Source of the DNA: Octopus vulgaris
Taxonomy: Eukaryota
Reading direction: 5' to 3'
Length of the DNA: 64,000 bases
Assembly (NCBI GenBank): GCA_951406725.2
Contig: OX597828.1
Coordinates: 52,452,001 to 52,516,000, forward strand
Positions 47,208-61,227 of the stretch are shown here, in pieces. A model generated the notes under the pieces. The model ran no database searches. It was not told the DNA's origin and worked only from the letters and a program-made list of their open reading frames with translations. Within the stretch, counting starts at the first letter, position 1; every line of letters starts with the position of its first letter. The translations under genes and the position numbers were made by a program.

Positions 47208-47683
47208 GTATGCGATAGTTTTCCTACAACTGTTACGACAGTATGTATTCAGATGGTTACTTGTTGTAGTAATGGCGGCAGTGAAGGTGGTGACGTTTGT
47301 TTATGTTGTTGACAGAGGGGGAAGGAGAAAAACAAAAAGAAAGAAAGGAAGAAAGAAAGAAAGGAAGGAAAGGAGAAATAAAGGGAGAGCGACAGATAAG
47401 TTCGATGAAACGTAAGCATTAGAAAAAACAATTTAATAAACGGATGCAATAATGGGAGCTGGTATAAACACAAACGCTCGCGCGTGCACGCGCCCGTGTG
47501 CACCCGCACACATACACAAAAACACACGTACGCACACACGCATAAACAAAGATATGCGTTATGTGTGAGTGTATATATGCACACATATATATAAACACAT
47601 ATATAAATACATATATACATGCGTGTGGATACACACACACATACCTACATACCTACATATATATATATATATATATATGCATG

Positions 47684-47716
<33 letters not shown>

Positions 47717-47717
47717 G

Positions 47718-47766
<49 letters not shown>

Positions 47767-47772
<6 letters not shown>

Positions 47773-48318
47773 TATTTAAAAAGAGCAGATTTTAAATTTA
47801 TTTTTAAAAAAAACGGTAAGAGACAACAAACACATTCTCCATATTTCTTGATAGGAGAAGGTTTAAAGTTTATTTTAAGGTAGTATGCACTCAACATGAG
47901 CACCATGTGATGGTCGACAAACATCGAAACATCGAAAGCTTTTTCTGTGCAATTTTTTTGACATTCGTAAATTTGCTTGTGGCGAGGTGGACTTTTATTG
48001 AATTGGCAGCGAAATTCACGTTGTACTTGCACAATCGATTTGCATTTCTCAGACTGCAGCACCCAAAAAGACTTATGTTGTGGCGTCACCATTTTCTAAA
48101 GGATTGTACAAATGAAAATTATGCAACTTTAAATAAAATCGACAAAATGAAACGTTAAAACAAAATTAAAATATTATTTCATTTAAGGCTTAATTCAATT
48201 GATCAAGTTCAGCCATAAAATTTAAACTATCAAGAAATTTGAAGAATGTGTTTGTGTCTCTTACCATTTGTTTTAGAAATAAATTTGAAGTCTGCTATTT
48301 CTTTTTGAATAACCCTCT

Positions 48319-48319
<1 letters not shown>
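47767..48319 (-). mobile_element. Internally deleted Tc1/mariner-type element with about 35-bp TIRs and an N-terminal HTH
   Basis: TIRs AGGGTTATTTAAAAAG..AGCAGATTTTAAATTTATTT and AAATAAATTTGAAGTCTGCT..CTTTTTGAATAACCCT, TA-flanked; ORF MVTPQHKSFWVLQSEKCKSIVQVQREFRCQFNKSPPRHKQIYE (DUF4817-like transposase HTH). Confidence 0.8.
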
Positions 48320-48398
<79 letters not shown>

Positions 48399-48454
48399 AT
48401 GTATACATATATATATACACACTTTATTTAAAAGCAGCAGAAATATAACAAAAG

Positions 48455-48492
48455 CTGTTACTCAGAGTTTCACGTTCCCGTTCGTCAGACAG
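48455..48492 (-). ncRNA. Canonical minimal type-I hammerhead ribozyme
   Basis: Minus strand CTGT-CTGACGA-ACG(GGAA)CGT-GAAA-CTCTGAG-TA-ACAG: full core, 4-bp stem I, GNRA-capped stem II, quasi-palindromic stem III, GUA site. Confidence 0.85.
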
Positions 48493-48511
48493 TTTAGTTA
48501 AAATAGAACAG

Positions 48512-48602
<91 letters not shown>

Positions 48603-48699
48603 CAAATATATATTATTCTTGAACTGTGACTTCGAATGTTCGGCTTACTTAGCCTTCATTGGATTGTGGTAGATTTGACGTGATCTTCGCTTTATATAA

Positions 48700-49261
48700 T
48701 CTCTGTGGAATTTAAATTTTCTTGAGTGGGTTGAATTTAATTAAATTGTAGGGCAGCTTTGTGACAGAAGGGTATGATGAAAAATTCTTATTGATGAAAT
48801 GTGAATTTGCGTTGTTTTTCCGAATTTAATGGTGCATGTAGAACTTTGCAATCAGGTGTGTTTATTTAGATGTATCAGCTTCACATCATGAGGCTGTTCT
48901 TTAGCAGTTCACAAAAGAACGTGGTTTGCAGGTGTGTCACTACGTTAGTGGTTGTTGGTTTCATTTGGACATTAATGGGAGATTTTATGTTTGTTTTCGG
49001 AATTTGAAGGTTATAGTTCAGCACTCAGTCCAGTATTTAAAACTTTTGTATTTAAACTATGATCTGTCAATTTAATGAATTTTAATTAATTTTTTTGATG
49101 ATATCTGAGAAAAAACACCAATTTTAGTAAAATATATTAAGTAACACTAATGATAAATAAAAAAAACATAAAAATAAACAAGCTTTTGACGGTATTACAG
49201 ATAGTTCAAAATTATGATGCTATGATGCTAAGTGTTTCCATTATTTTGACCAACTCCTGTA
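48700..49261 (+). mobile_element. Possible Tc1-like relic (right TIR)
   Basis: Ends GTGTTTCCATTATTTTGACCAACTCCTG-TA, the form of a Tc1 CAG... TIR; interior highly decayed and left boundary uncertain. Confidence 0.4.
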
Positions 49262-50932
49262 TGTATATATATAATATATACTTTCGCGCACCTATGTAAT
49301 ATATATATGCATGCACGATATAAAATGGCCTTATTCCATCGTAACTTAATCTCACTCTCTGTATATTAATAATTCCTCTCTGTCATCCTTTTCTCCTGGA
49401 CTGTACAGAATATAATATTCAGATGAACATCCTTTTGCGAAGCAAAACATAGAATATTATTCTTTTTTTTTCATTCATATTCCTGTTCAAACTACTTTCA
49501 CTAATAATTCGAGTGCACATGTACATATTCACACACACACATATACAGAAATAGGGAAAGAGGCCTTACGAGCATATGGATCAGGCAGCATCTTTGATTT
49601 TCTTATATCTATCTATCTATCTATCTATTTATCTCTCTATTATCTATCTTTCTATTTATCTATCTATCTTTTCATGTATACATTTGAAAAATATGCATTA
49701 TCCACATGACATTGTACTTGCTTTCATAATTTTTTTTCCAGAACAATCGAGAGAAATATTCTTACAGGTATCTTAGTATATGACACCTTGGTCTGAAACA
49801 AGTTTGATAAGTGTCAAGTCTTGAGTCACTCTGTTACTCCAGCTGATTATTAATAAGAAGCACACACACACACACACACAAACAAACACACATTCACGCA
49901 CGCACACACGTGTATGTATGTATCTATGTGTGTATGTATGTATGTATGTATGTATGTATGTATGTATGTATGGATGGATGGATGGATGGATGGATGTATG
50001 GATGGATGGATGGATGGATGGATGGATGGATGTAATTGTTCCTCCCTTCGGAGACAACGTATGAGTGTCCAGACTCACTGGACGGCCTGTGCAAATTATT
50101 TGTGTAAAGTCATCAAATATATGAGATGTCTATTATAACTTATATATTGCTATTTTCAATTGATAATTTGTAGTAGTATTTTCATTGATAAATATATTAG
50201 TAGTATTTATTGGATACTATATAACTATGGATTGATAAGTTCATTAAGTATTTAGTTGTTGAAGATATGTATTTCATTATTTCATTTTAGTTCTTAACTA
50301 TACGGTTTTTATTATTAATTAGCCAACGAGATATATGGATCGTTAATTAGTTATAGCGTTCTTTTAAGATAGTTTGTTTGTTTGTTTACAATTTGCTTTT
50401 TCATCTTTAATCTTTTAATTTTTAATATATTTCATAAGTAATAATGAATAATTAATTTATTAGATTTTTATTATAAGTGCATATATATTTTTTGATAGAG
50501 ATAATTTTAGTTCTTAATTCTCATATTTATATACATTTATATGTATTCATTGATAATTTAGTTATTATTCAAATATTATATAATTATTTGATTTGAAATT
50601 AAATGTAATAATATGAATAGTGATTTTTTTTTTGATTATTTTCTTTTGTTAAATATTTAGGTAAATTAGATATTGACTATAACTGTGATTAGATTATTTG
50701 TGGGTTTATTATGTTTTTTTAAAAAGCCATTTTATATCTGAATAGATAAATACATTTTCTATCTATTCTTACCTTAAAAATTAATATTTAACATTATAAT
50801 CGATTGTATGACATAATCATAATCGTTAAAGTTTCTAGTTTGATAATAGAGTTTTTTATAAGAAAAATTATTATTTTATCTATTTCTTAAAAAAATATTG
50901 TTTAAATATATTTGATTATTTATTTAACTATT

Positions 50933-51035
50933 ATCATTAACCTGAAGATTGACTATAACCATAATTCGAATTATTAATTGAATTTAAATTATTGTTATTC
51001 GAATTAGGTTATGGGCATGAAACGATCGTAGTGAT
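50933..51035 (+). ncRNA. Hammerhead ribozyme motif with a long stem II
   Basis: CTGAAGA(50942)-T-TG..CTATAACC.TAATTCGAAT...ATTCGAATTA-GGTTATGG..CA-T-GAAA-CGATCG-TA; stem I weak. Confidence 0.7.
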
Positions 51036-51146
51036 TTTACTTTTTATCTTATATTACTATTTATACTTTTTGATAGTTATATATATTTAATAAATAAATA
51101 AATAAACAATTTTTAATTAAAAAAATATAAATAAATAAATAAATAA

Positions 51147-51201
<55 letters not shown>

Positions 51202-51390
51202 AAATATAAATTAATAATTCTAAATTTTTAACTTTAAATTTAAATAATTTAAATTTTGTATTTTCTACTTTATATATTTTGTATATTATATTAATTAATT
51301 TTATTTCTATGTTTTGGTTTATGTTTTTCACTGTTTGATTTGCCTAACAGTGGTTTTATCTCTAATTTAATTTTTATATATATATATATA

Positions 51391-51607
51391 TGAAAAAACA
51401 AGTCAAAATAGAAAATGCTAAAATAATTTTATAAAGAACATTCCAGTACCGGTTTCGGTCATTTTGAGACCTTTTCAACTGTAACGATTAAATAATTAAA
51501 TTTAGAAAAATTAAAAGAAAAGTTTTTTTAAAGGAATATCTGTATAGTGTTCAAATATAAGTGGCATTCTGCCTTTCTCTGTCTCCCTTGTTTGCACTTG
51601 TGTGTTC
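51391..51607 (-). mobile_element. Solo pseudo-LTR fragment of the Neptune-type PLE, between (TA)n arrays
   Basis: Close reverse-complement match to 4298-4517. Confidence 0.9.
51444..51481 (-). ncRNA. Minimal hammerhead ribozyme, U3-A8 variant, copy 2
   Basis: Minus strand CAG-TTGAAAA-GGTC(TCAAAAT)GACC-GAAA-CCGG-TA-CTG. Confidence 0.75.
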
Positions 51608-51639
51608 GATATATATATATATATACATATATATATTCT

Positions 51640-51850
51640 TTTATTCTTTCAACTTTTCAGTCATTTGACTGCGGCCATACTGAGCACCACCTTACAGGTT
51701 GTTAGTCGAAGATATTGACTATAAGACTTATTCTTTGTAAGCCTAGTACGTATTCTATCGTTATCATTTGTCGAACAGTTAAGTTACAGGGACATAACCT
51801 CACCAGCATTGTTTGTTAAGCGATGGTGGGGAAACAAATACAAAGACACA
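51640..51850 (-). mobile_element. SINE family A 3' half
   Basis: TTCAGTCATTTGACTGCGGCCAT...GACTTATTCTTTGTAAGCCTAGTAC. Confidence 0.8.
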
Positions 51851-52017
51851 CGCAAATACATACAAAGATATATACGTACATATATATGCGTGTGTGGGTG
51901 TGGGTGTGTGTACATACACATATATATATGTATATATATATGTACACACACACACAGATATATATGTATATATGTGTGTATATATATATATGCAGACAGG
52001 CAGACACAGATAGATAG

Positions 52018-52170
<153 letters not shown>

Positions 52171-52413
52171 AAGATTGATTGATAGCTTATACAAATGATC
52201 GGAATGTTGAAAAGAGTTCGTGCTGTAGTGTAACTCCACCGAGTTTGACAATGTCTTTCATCGTTTCCATGTACCAGTTGGGTGCTTAGGTCGATATAAT
52301 CGACTTAGCCTCTTCTCCGAAATTTCTGGCATTGTGCCAAAATTTCTCAGTAAACCTTACGAAGCACATCAATATACGTAATCGCAACAGAGGAGAATAT
52401 TTAAAGAAATAGT

Positions 52414-52872
<459 letters not shown>

Positions 52873-53115
52873 TATGTAGTAAACGTGTAAAAAATTGATA
52901 ATTATGTCGAAATATTGAAAGTTGAAAATCGCACAAGCACAACTGCACAATCAAGGATGTACATAAAATATGTATATAATTTTATAAGATTTGAAAATAC
53001 ACATGAGACTAAAAAACCTAGTTTTCTTTCGAAGCACTTGTCAAACTTTGGCATAAAACCCTGGGCCCTTGAGTCATTTATGTAGTTTCGTCACCAATAA
53101 CTGCAATATATATAT

Positions 53116-53245
<130 letters not shown>

Positions 53246-53316
53246 TATATATTATATATATATATATATATGCGTGCGTGTGTTTGTGTTTCAGTGTGAG
53301 TTTGGTGTGTATGTGT

Positions 53317-53400
<84 letters not shown>

Positions 53401-54558
53401 TACTCTCACAGCATACATATGTGTATGCTTACATGTGTCTAGCAATGTAATAATCTATCCGCCCTTCTCTCTCTATGTATCTATCTCCTACAAGACCATC
53501 TTCGTCTTTAGATATGACCTCTCCTCCATCCACCATCACAATGTCTCCTTTCTCTCCTTCCCTTACACATCCACATACTAACCACTTCCATCCATTAAGC
53601 GTCCGTTCGTCCAATCCGCCATCTTTTCTCTCGTCAGATTGTCTCCCAAGAATATTTCTGCCGCACGTCCGTTTTATCCGTCGTGATTCCATTAGGGAAT
53701 TTGTCCTCCTGGAACTTAGAGCAGAGCCAGTCTTTTAGGCTGGCATCTTCTTGGAATCGCTACCTTTTATACATTAACAATACCTCCATTTTACATCTTT
53801 CTCTTCCGATTTTCTTCTTTCTGTCGTCGTACTTTTATTGAATTTGTTTTCTTTTGATTCGTTTTTCCTTTTCTTTCTTTTAGTTTCTTTCTGTATTTCT
53901 CGTTCATTTGCTTTCTTTCTTTTTTTTTCTCTCTCTTTCGATCCTTCATTTCTTTCTTTCCGTATTTATTTAGTTACTTTCTTTATTCCTTTCTCCTCCC
54001 ATCTTTCTACAATTGCTTCGATCTTATTTTTGCCATCGATCAATCACTTAAACCCTTCTATAGGCACTGACAGCCATATGCGTGCAAGTACACACTCACA
54101 CCCACAAAGACACACACACACACACACACACACAAGCACATACAAACACACAAGCATAGAAACACTCAAACAAATACGCAGCCATGTGCACACACACACA
54201 CACACACACACAGACCAGCAGAAATGAACATATAGAGGCAAACACACACACACACACACAGACTTGCAGATGGACGCACTCATTTACTTGATCTCCTGAC
54301 TCCAACTAAGTACATACTCACACAACCTCCATGCACATTTTCGATCACTCACACACTCATTCTCTCATCCGATCAATGGATGATCTACCTATCCAGCTAT
54401 CCACCCACCCATTCATCCATTCATCCATCTGTCCATCCATTCATGCATACATACATACACTCATACATGCATACATACATATATCTAGTGAACAATCTGA
54501 CTATCCATTCTTCAGTCTTTCTCACAATCTTTCTTCATTTACCGATGCGTACACCAGT

Positions 54559-54620
<62 letters not shown>

Positions 54621-54621
54621 C

Positions 54622-54724
<103 letters not shown>

Positions 54725-54768
54725 GTCTGTCTATCTATCTATCTATCTGTCTGTCTGTCTCCATATAT

Positions 54769-54989
54769 TCTTTTACTTGTTTCAGTCATTTGACTGTGAC
54801 CATGCTGGAGTACCGTCTTTAGTCAAGCAAATCGACCCCAGGACTTATTCTTTGTAAGCATAGTACTTATTCTATCGGTCTCTTTTGCCGAACCACTAAT
54901 TTTCGGTGACGTAAACACACTAGCATCGGTTGTCAAGCGATGTTGGGGGGACAAACACAGACACACAAATATACACACATACACACATG

Positions 54990-55031
<42 letters not shown>

Positions 55032-55181
55032 CGACGGGCTTCTTTCAGTTTCCGCTACCAAATCCACTCACAAGGCTTTGGTCGGTCCGAGGCTATAGCA
55101 GAAGACCCTTATCCAAGGTGCCACTCAATAGGACTGAGCCTGGAACCATGTGGTTGGTAAGCAAGCTATTTACCACACAGC

Positions 55182-55185
<4 letters not shown>
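54769..55185 (-). mobile_element. Full-length SINE family A, inverted relative to 52414-52872
   Basis: Reverse-complement homology along its whole length. Confidence 0.9.
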
Positions 55186-55256
<71 letters not shown>

Positions 55257-56652
55257 TATATACATATATACATATATACAGAGACACACATGTAGGTATA
55301 TACATACAAAAACACACACACGCAAACATATAGACACATACACACACATATGTATGTATACATACATCGATGTATACATAAATACACACATGTATTAATG
55401 CAAAAACTGTTGATTGAGAAAGAGGCGTATATAATATGTTGTGAAAATCTTCTAAGAAAGATATTTCAAGTTGTATAATGACTTCTTGGGCTCCTAAATA
55501 TACGCATGAAATATCAGAGAATTGATCACGTTTGATTAATTTTGAAATATGTGGGTTGATTATAATTATTAATAATCTTTTGTAAAATATAATATATTCG
55601 ATGGCGGGTTAATAGTTTTTAATACTGACGAGGTGTAACTGAGAAGTCAAAGGTACATGATGTCTAAATGTAATGCCTACTAATCAATAGAGATGCTTCC
55701 ATATGCAGGATATAAAATGTCACGTTTTAACTCATCCAAATTCACGCTATTTGCCGTTTTGATTTATTTGCGTCGCTCATTATATTTTCTAATTATGCTA
55801 ATTATACTGGCTAAGAAATATTCATAATAGCTTAAATTCGGTGTAAAAATATTTGTCAACTCATGAAAGATGCTGAAGTTTTATTATGACATTTTGCTAG
55901 TGAGTTCTAACGGAGCAAAACATGTCTATAGTTGTCTCGCTTGGAATGTAAGATCTGATTTTGCGTAACCATGCAAAATAACCTTATCACAGTTATAATT
56001 ATTTTAAAAACAATTGCCTCTCTCTTTTCATTGAACGTCATTTACAATTACCTTTAGGTTGTCTTTTAGTTGTTTTTATTTTTATTTTTCTCCAGGTAAA
56101 TTTATCTTTTTTTAAGAATTCTCTTTATTTATTTGCATTTGTATAACATTCTGGACATCAAGCTTTAATTTATTCATGATTTTAATTGATCTATTTGAAT
56201 TATTACTCTTCGCTAAATTGCTATTTTGCAGTTATTATTTATCAGTCATACGTGGGTGAATTGATTGTATGAATTACATAGACAGAAGTAAAATTGCGCG
56301 CCTTGCATATACATTGGTATAAGTTGATAGAAAAAATACATCAGCCACCACGGTAAACAACGACAACCATTACAAACCAACTACCGCGGTAAATATTTTA
56401 AAAGAATGTCTGACAACAACATTACATCAATTTTAGTACTCGATCCGTGAGTGGTTTCATATATCGTTTCTTCTACATGTCGGTGGATACTGGACGTCAT
56501 TGAGTTGCTCCTGAATGAACTCGCGGTACACAGGAGACGTGAGTCTACATAAGCGGACGATATCACTGCATTCATGTCGGACATATCTGCGATCAAGATC
56601 TATCAGGCGGTCACTGGACCATACGATGTTACTACTACTACTACTACTACTG

Positions 56653-56705
<53 letters not shown>

Positions 56706-56879
56706 GATGTTACTACTGCTGTAGATATTTATTGGTATCCAAGAGATGAAAAGCAAAACTGGCCTCTAATCGCATTGAGACCATCTTCATCTTTTCATTC
56801 CCTCGTTAAATAAAGTATCAATCAAGAAGTGAGATCGATGGAATTGGCTACTAAACTGTTGACTTTGTGCCTGCATCAG

Positions 56880-57240
56880 GAGCCGCGGTTTTCAATTTAG
56901 TTCTTTACCTTCTGAGTTCAAATCCCACCGAATTTAACTGCCTTTCATTTTTAGAGGTCGAGAAAAGAACACCACTAGCGCACAGAAGTCAATTTAATCG
57001 AATAATCAATTCCCTTTCACAAAATTTCATGTCTAACGCCTAAAGCACGAAGCATTATAATTATTGGTAAAAATGCTAAGCGGTATTTCCTCCGTCTTCA
57101 AGATCTCAGTTTAAATTCCGCCGAGATCTACTTTGCCTTTCATCCTTTCTCGGTCGATAAAATAAGAACCGTTGAGCACTGGGATCGATGTAATCGTCTT
57201 AACTCAGTCCTGAAATTGCTGGCCTAGTGCCAAAAATTAA
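56880..57240 (+). mobile_element. Two degenerate family-C SINEs
   Basis: CTGAGTTCAAATCCC...GCCTTTCAT and AAATTCCGCCGAG...GCCTTTCATCCTTTC. Confidence 0.75.
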
Positions 57241-57244
57241 AAGA

Positions 57245-57451
<207 letters not shown>

Positions 57452-57603
57452 CTTTGTAGTTCCCGATGTCTTGATATTAGTTATGTAGGAACGCAATACA
57501 CTAAAGGTGAACGGAAGTTCAGGCTAATGGACGTTCTTGCATGAATGTATATGCGTGTGTGTATGCGTGTGTGTGTGTGCGTACGTGTGTGTGCATTTGT
57601 ATG

Positions 57604-57649
<46 letters not shown>

Positions 57650-57882
57650 TATGAATATGAATATATATATATGTATATATATGCCTCTCCCTCACTCTCT
57701 CGCTTTATCTCTCCCTATATGTGTGTGTGTATGTGTGTGTACATGTATGTATGTATGCATCTATATATGTATGTATATATATATGTATATATGACGGCCA
57801 TCTCATCGCTTCGGGATAACTCGTTCACATAAGACATGTACGCATTACTGTAATAAGCACACCTACCATGTAAATATATATA

Positions 57883-57931
<49 letters not shown>

Positions 57932-58410
57932 GTATACATATATATATGTATGTGTGTGTGTGCATTTATGTATATATAGTATATATTATATATGATGTAT
58001 ATTATATGTATATATATTTATATATATAATATACATACATATATATATATACATGTATATATATATATATATATAATATACCTACATGCGCATGTGTATA
58101 TTTGTGTGCGTGTGTATGTGTGTGCGTATGAGTGTGCATGTTTGTGTGTGTGTGCGTGTGTGGTAGTCGATGCATTTCAAATTTACAAAGCCACAAGGAA
58201 TTGTTTCCTTGTCTAAACAAAACAATGCAGTTAATTACTACAGAGAAATTCGCTACACATTAGAGCAAACAATATCACATAACGAACACACTGGACGCTT
58301 GGGTGTGCGTCAGTGTGTACCTGTGTGCGCATGTGCGCATGTGCGTGTGCATGCGCGTCTGAGTGCGAGCAAAGGCGTATCGGTTTGTATGTATGTATGT
58401 GTGTGTGGTG

Positions 58411-58451
<41 letters not shown>

Positions 58452-58859
58452 GGTTTAGTTTATGAGTATGCCAAGAAGCGTATGTACGTGCCTGGATGTC
58501 TGTGTGTGTGTATGTCGGTGCGCGCGGTTGTGTGTGGGGAAAGAGACAGCGTGTGGTTGTGCGGGTGCGTCAAAGTGTGTGTATGTTTGTGTGGGTGTGT
58601 GTAAAGGTGTGTCCGAGTGGTTATGTTCGTTTGCGAGTGTATGCGAATACTTGTATCTGTGTGTGTGGATGCCGTGTGTGTTTGTAGCTGTTGATTTTTG
58701 TTGAAAAGAGCGTGGATGTGGCTGCGCGCAGTGTGCAAATGTGAAAATGTGTGTGTGTGAGTGAGTGTGTTAGTGCAAGTATGTGTGCTTATGTCTGTGT
58801 GCATGTATTTTCGCATGTGAGTATGTGTGTTTGTGCGTGAGTGTGTGTGTGTGTGTGTG

Positions 58860-58936
<77 letters not shown>

Positions 58937-59479
58937 AGAAATGCAGCTTCTCCGTACCAGACGTATCATTCTTGTGTTTGTCGGTGTATATGCTGTTCTT
59001 GTGCTTGAATAAGTATGCATAAATACATACACACATACACACACATACAATCTCACGCACACAAATACACACACGCATACACGCGCGCGCAAACAGAGTT
59101 TTTACTCCAACTGAAATTGAAAGATGGTCTCGCTACTCGCAATCTTTGGGTGAGAACGATCTCCCCCTCTCTCTTTCTCTCTGTCACTCTCTCCCACTTA
59201 CATTCACGCACACAAACACAAACACATATATATATATACATATATATATAAATGTATGCATATATATACATGTGTGTGTGTATATATATGAAGATGGCAA
59301 CGGAAATTCTGAAACTGGCCGGTCAGTCTAAGGAATTCTCGGTTCGGTGTTGGGGGCGATTGCAGCCCCTATCAGAGTTTGTCATGTGCTTTGTAACAGC
59401 ACTGGAGCATTTTAGCTCCTATTTCTAGCAATGTATGTGCTATTGACACCCTTAGTCAAGTTTAGTTGACGACTGCAAT

Positions 59480-59630
59480 TTTCATTCCTTTCTCTTATTC
59501 CTGTCTGTTGAAGAGCGTACGCTTGAAACCTAAAAGACTTTTTTCACTTTTTCCAAAACCGTCAAACTAATACTCTTGCTTGTTGTTCGTACACCTGTCT
59601 TCGTCTTTCGTTTTTCTATAAATTTCAACT
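59480..59630 (+). mobile_element. Short HHR-like element, A6-variant family, copy 4, ending in (TA)n
   Basis: CTGT-CTGTTGA-A-GAGC(GTAC)GCTT-GAAA-CC-TA-AAAG at 59501-59536. Confidence 0.65.
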
Positions 59631-59820
59631 ATATATATATATATATATATATTCATATAATGTAGAATGGATCCGAGCTGTGTCATCTTTAAGTACATCT
59701 GCTTATTCCAGTGATATTTAGATGTCCAATGTGTGATATGCATAAGAGTTGAAATATACTGAAAAATATTTTTTAGTATAATGCATGTCAAATCAAGGAA
59801 CTGGAAAACTTTTCGAATTA

Positions 59821-60530
59821 TTAGGTCACCCCAAATTTTGAATAAAGAAAACAAGTGTTCAAATGTTATATTTAATTGAAATTTAATCATCAATGTACTT
59901 TCCCTGATTATCTATGACTTCCTTCCATCTGTTTACAAGCTTTTTAATCCCATCAATGTAAAACTCTTTTGGTTTCAAAGTAAATAACTCTGAAATGTCA
60001 GTTTCAACCTCCACCTGGCTTGCGAAAGCTATGTCCCCCAAATGATTCTGTAAACTACGAAACGAATGGTAGTCTGAAGGAGCAAGGTCGGGAGAATAAG
60101 TTGGATGAAGAATTTTTCCCAACCAAGCTCTTCGATCTTCTGTGATGTGATCTTTGCAGTGTGGGGTCGTGAATTGTTCTGATGAAAAATCACTCATTTT
60201 CGATTCACTAAAGCGGGTCTTTCTTTTTTCTTCAAAGCTTGGTTCAAACGCTCTAAATGCTGACAGTAGACTTGAGCATTCATTGTTGCATTCGGTGGTA
60301 ACAATTCAAAGTGAATTACTCCTTTGCAATCCCACTAGATAGAAAGAAGTATCTTTTTTTTTCCATGAAGTTCCCTTCTCGGTTGTGGTTGAGTTTTTTC
60401 CTTTTTACAAAGCCACTCTTTACTACGTTTAACATTTCGATCGGAGATCCATTTTTCGTCACCAGTCACAAGTCTATTCAAAAACGGTGAAATGAGTTCG
60501 CGAGAATGGAGAGAATAGCAGTTTAGAAGA
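59821..60530 (-). mobile_element. Mariner (DD34D) transposase pseudogene, 3' half with TIR
   Basis: FLNRLVTGDEKWI...ILHPTYSPDLAPSDYHSFRSLQNHL...FYIDGIKKLVNRWKEVIDNQGKY; frameshifts present; TIR-like TA|TTAGGTCACCCCAAA at 59819-59835. Confidence 0.92.
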
Positions 60531-60634
60531 TGAGACAGCATTTTTGTTGTATACCTCTTTAACCTCTTGGAGATTTTAGGTACAATTATATTAATATGTC
60601 CATCTGTTCTAATTTAATTAAATTCTATGTCTTT

Positions 60635-60723
60635 GTGCAGCTGAAGATTGCTCTGCATTTTAAATAGATATAATGATTGGATTGTTCAATTAAATGGAAT
60701 TGCATGAAACGATCGTACTGCAT
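60635..60723 (+). ncRNA. Hammerhead ribozyme, long-stem-II family, well-formed copy
   Basis: TGCAG-CTGAAGA-T-TGC...GCA-T-GAAA-CGATCG-TA-CTGCA: 5-bp stem I, intact core, palindromic stem III ACGATCGT. Confidence 0.8.
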
Positions 60724-61025
60724 TACCTCTGGATATCCTTGTTGCTTTTTTTAAAAATCACCTTACTTTGAAATTGTAAGGTTAATACCGTACTAAATTC
60801 TGGTGCCTCAATTTAAATACCATATTCATCTGAATCTAAAGTTTTGCTGAACTCATCTACCGTACTCAAAGTATATATATATATATATTTTTTTTATACG
60901 ATAGTGTATATTTATATACACATAAGGAATCTACACTTAGGGTGAAGATTCAGCACATTAGAGAGCCACAAAAATAATGGACAAGATTCGACAGGAATAA
61001 AATTTGAAAATGAAAAACATTTACC

Positions 61026-61082
<57 letters not shown>

Positions 61083-61227
61083 TATACTATCGTATAATTA
61101 ATATATAGTCTTTTTGACAAATTTTTTGCACGTTAGACCACTGGAAATGTAAATTTTGATTGAATAATTTAAATTTAATTAAATTCCATTTCCTTTTTGA
61201 TATGATTAAGCATTATATATATATAAG

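Noticed and set aside
59883-60541. Domesticated SETMAR-like gene
   Set aside because: Frameshifts and stops, a TIR is present and there is no SET domain: an ordinary mariner relic.
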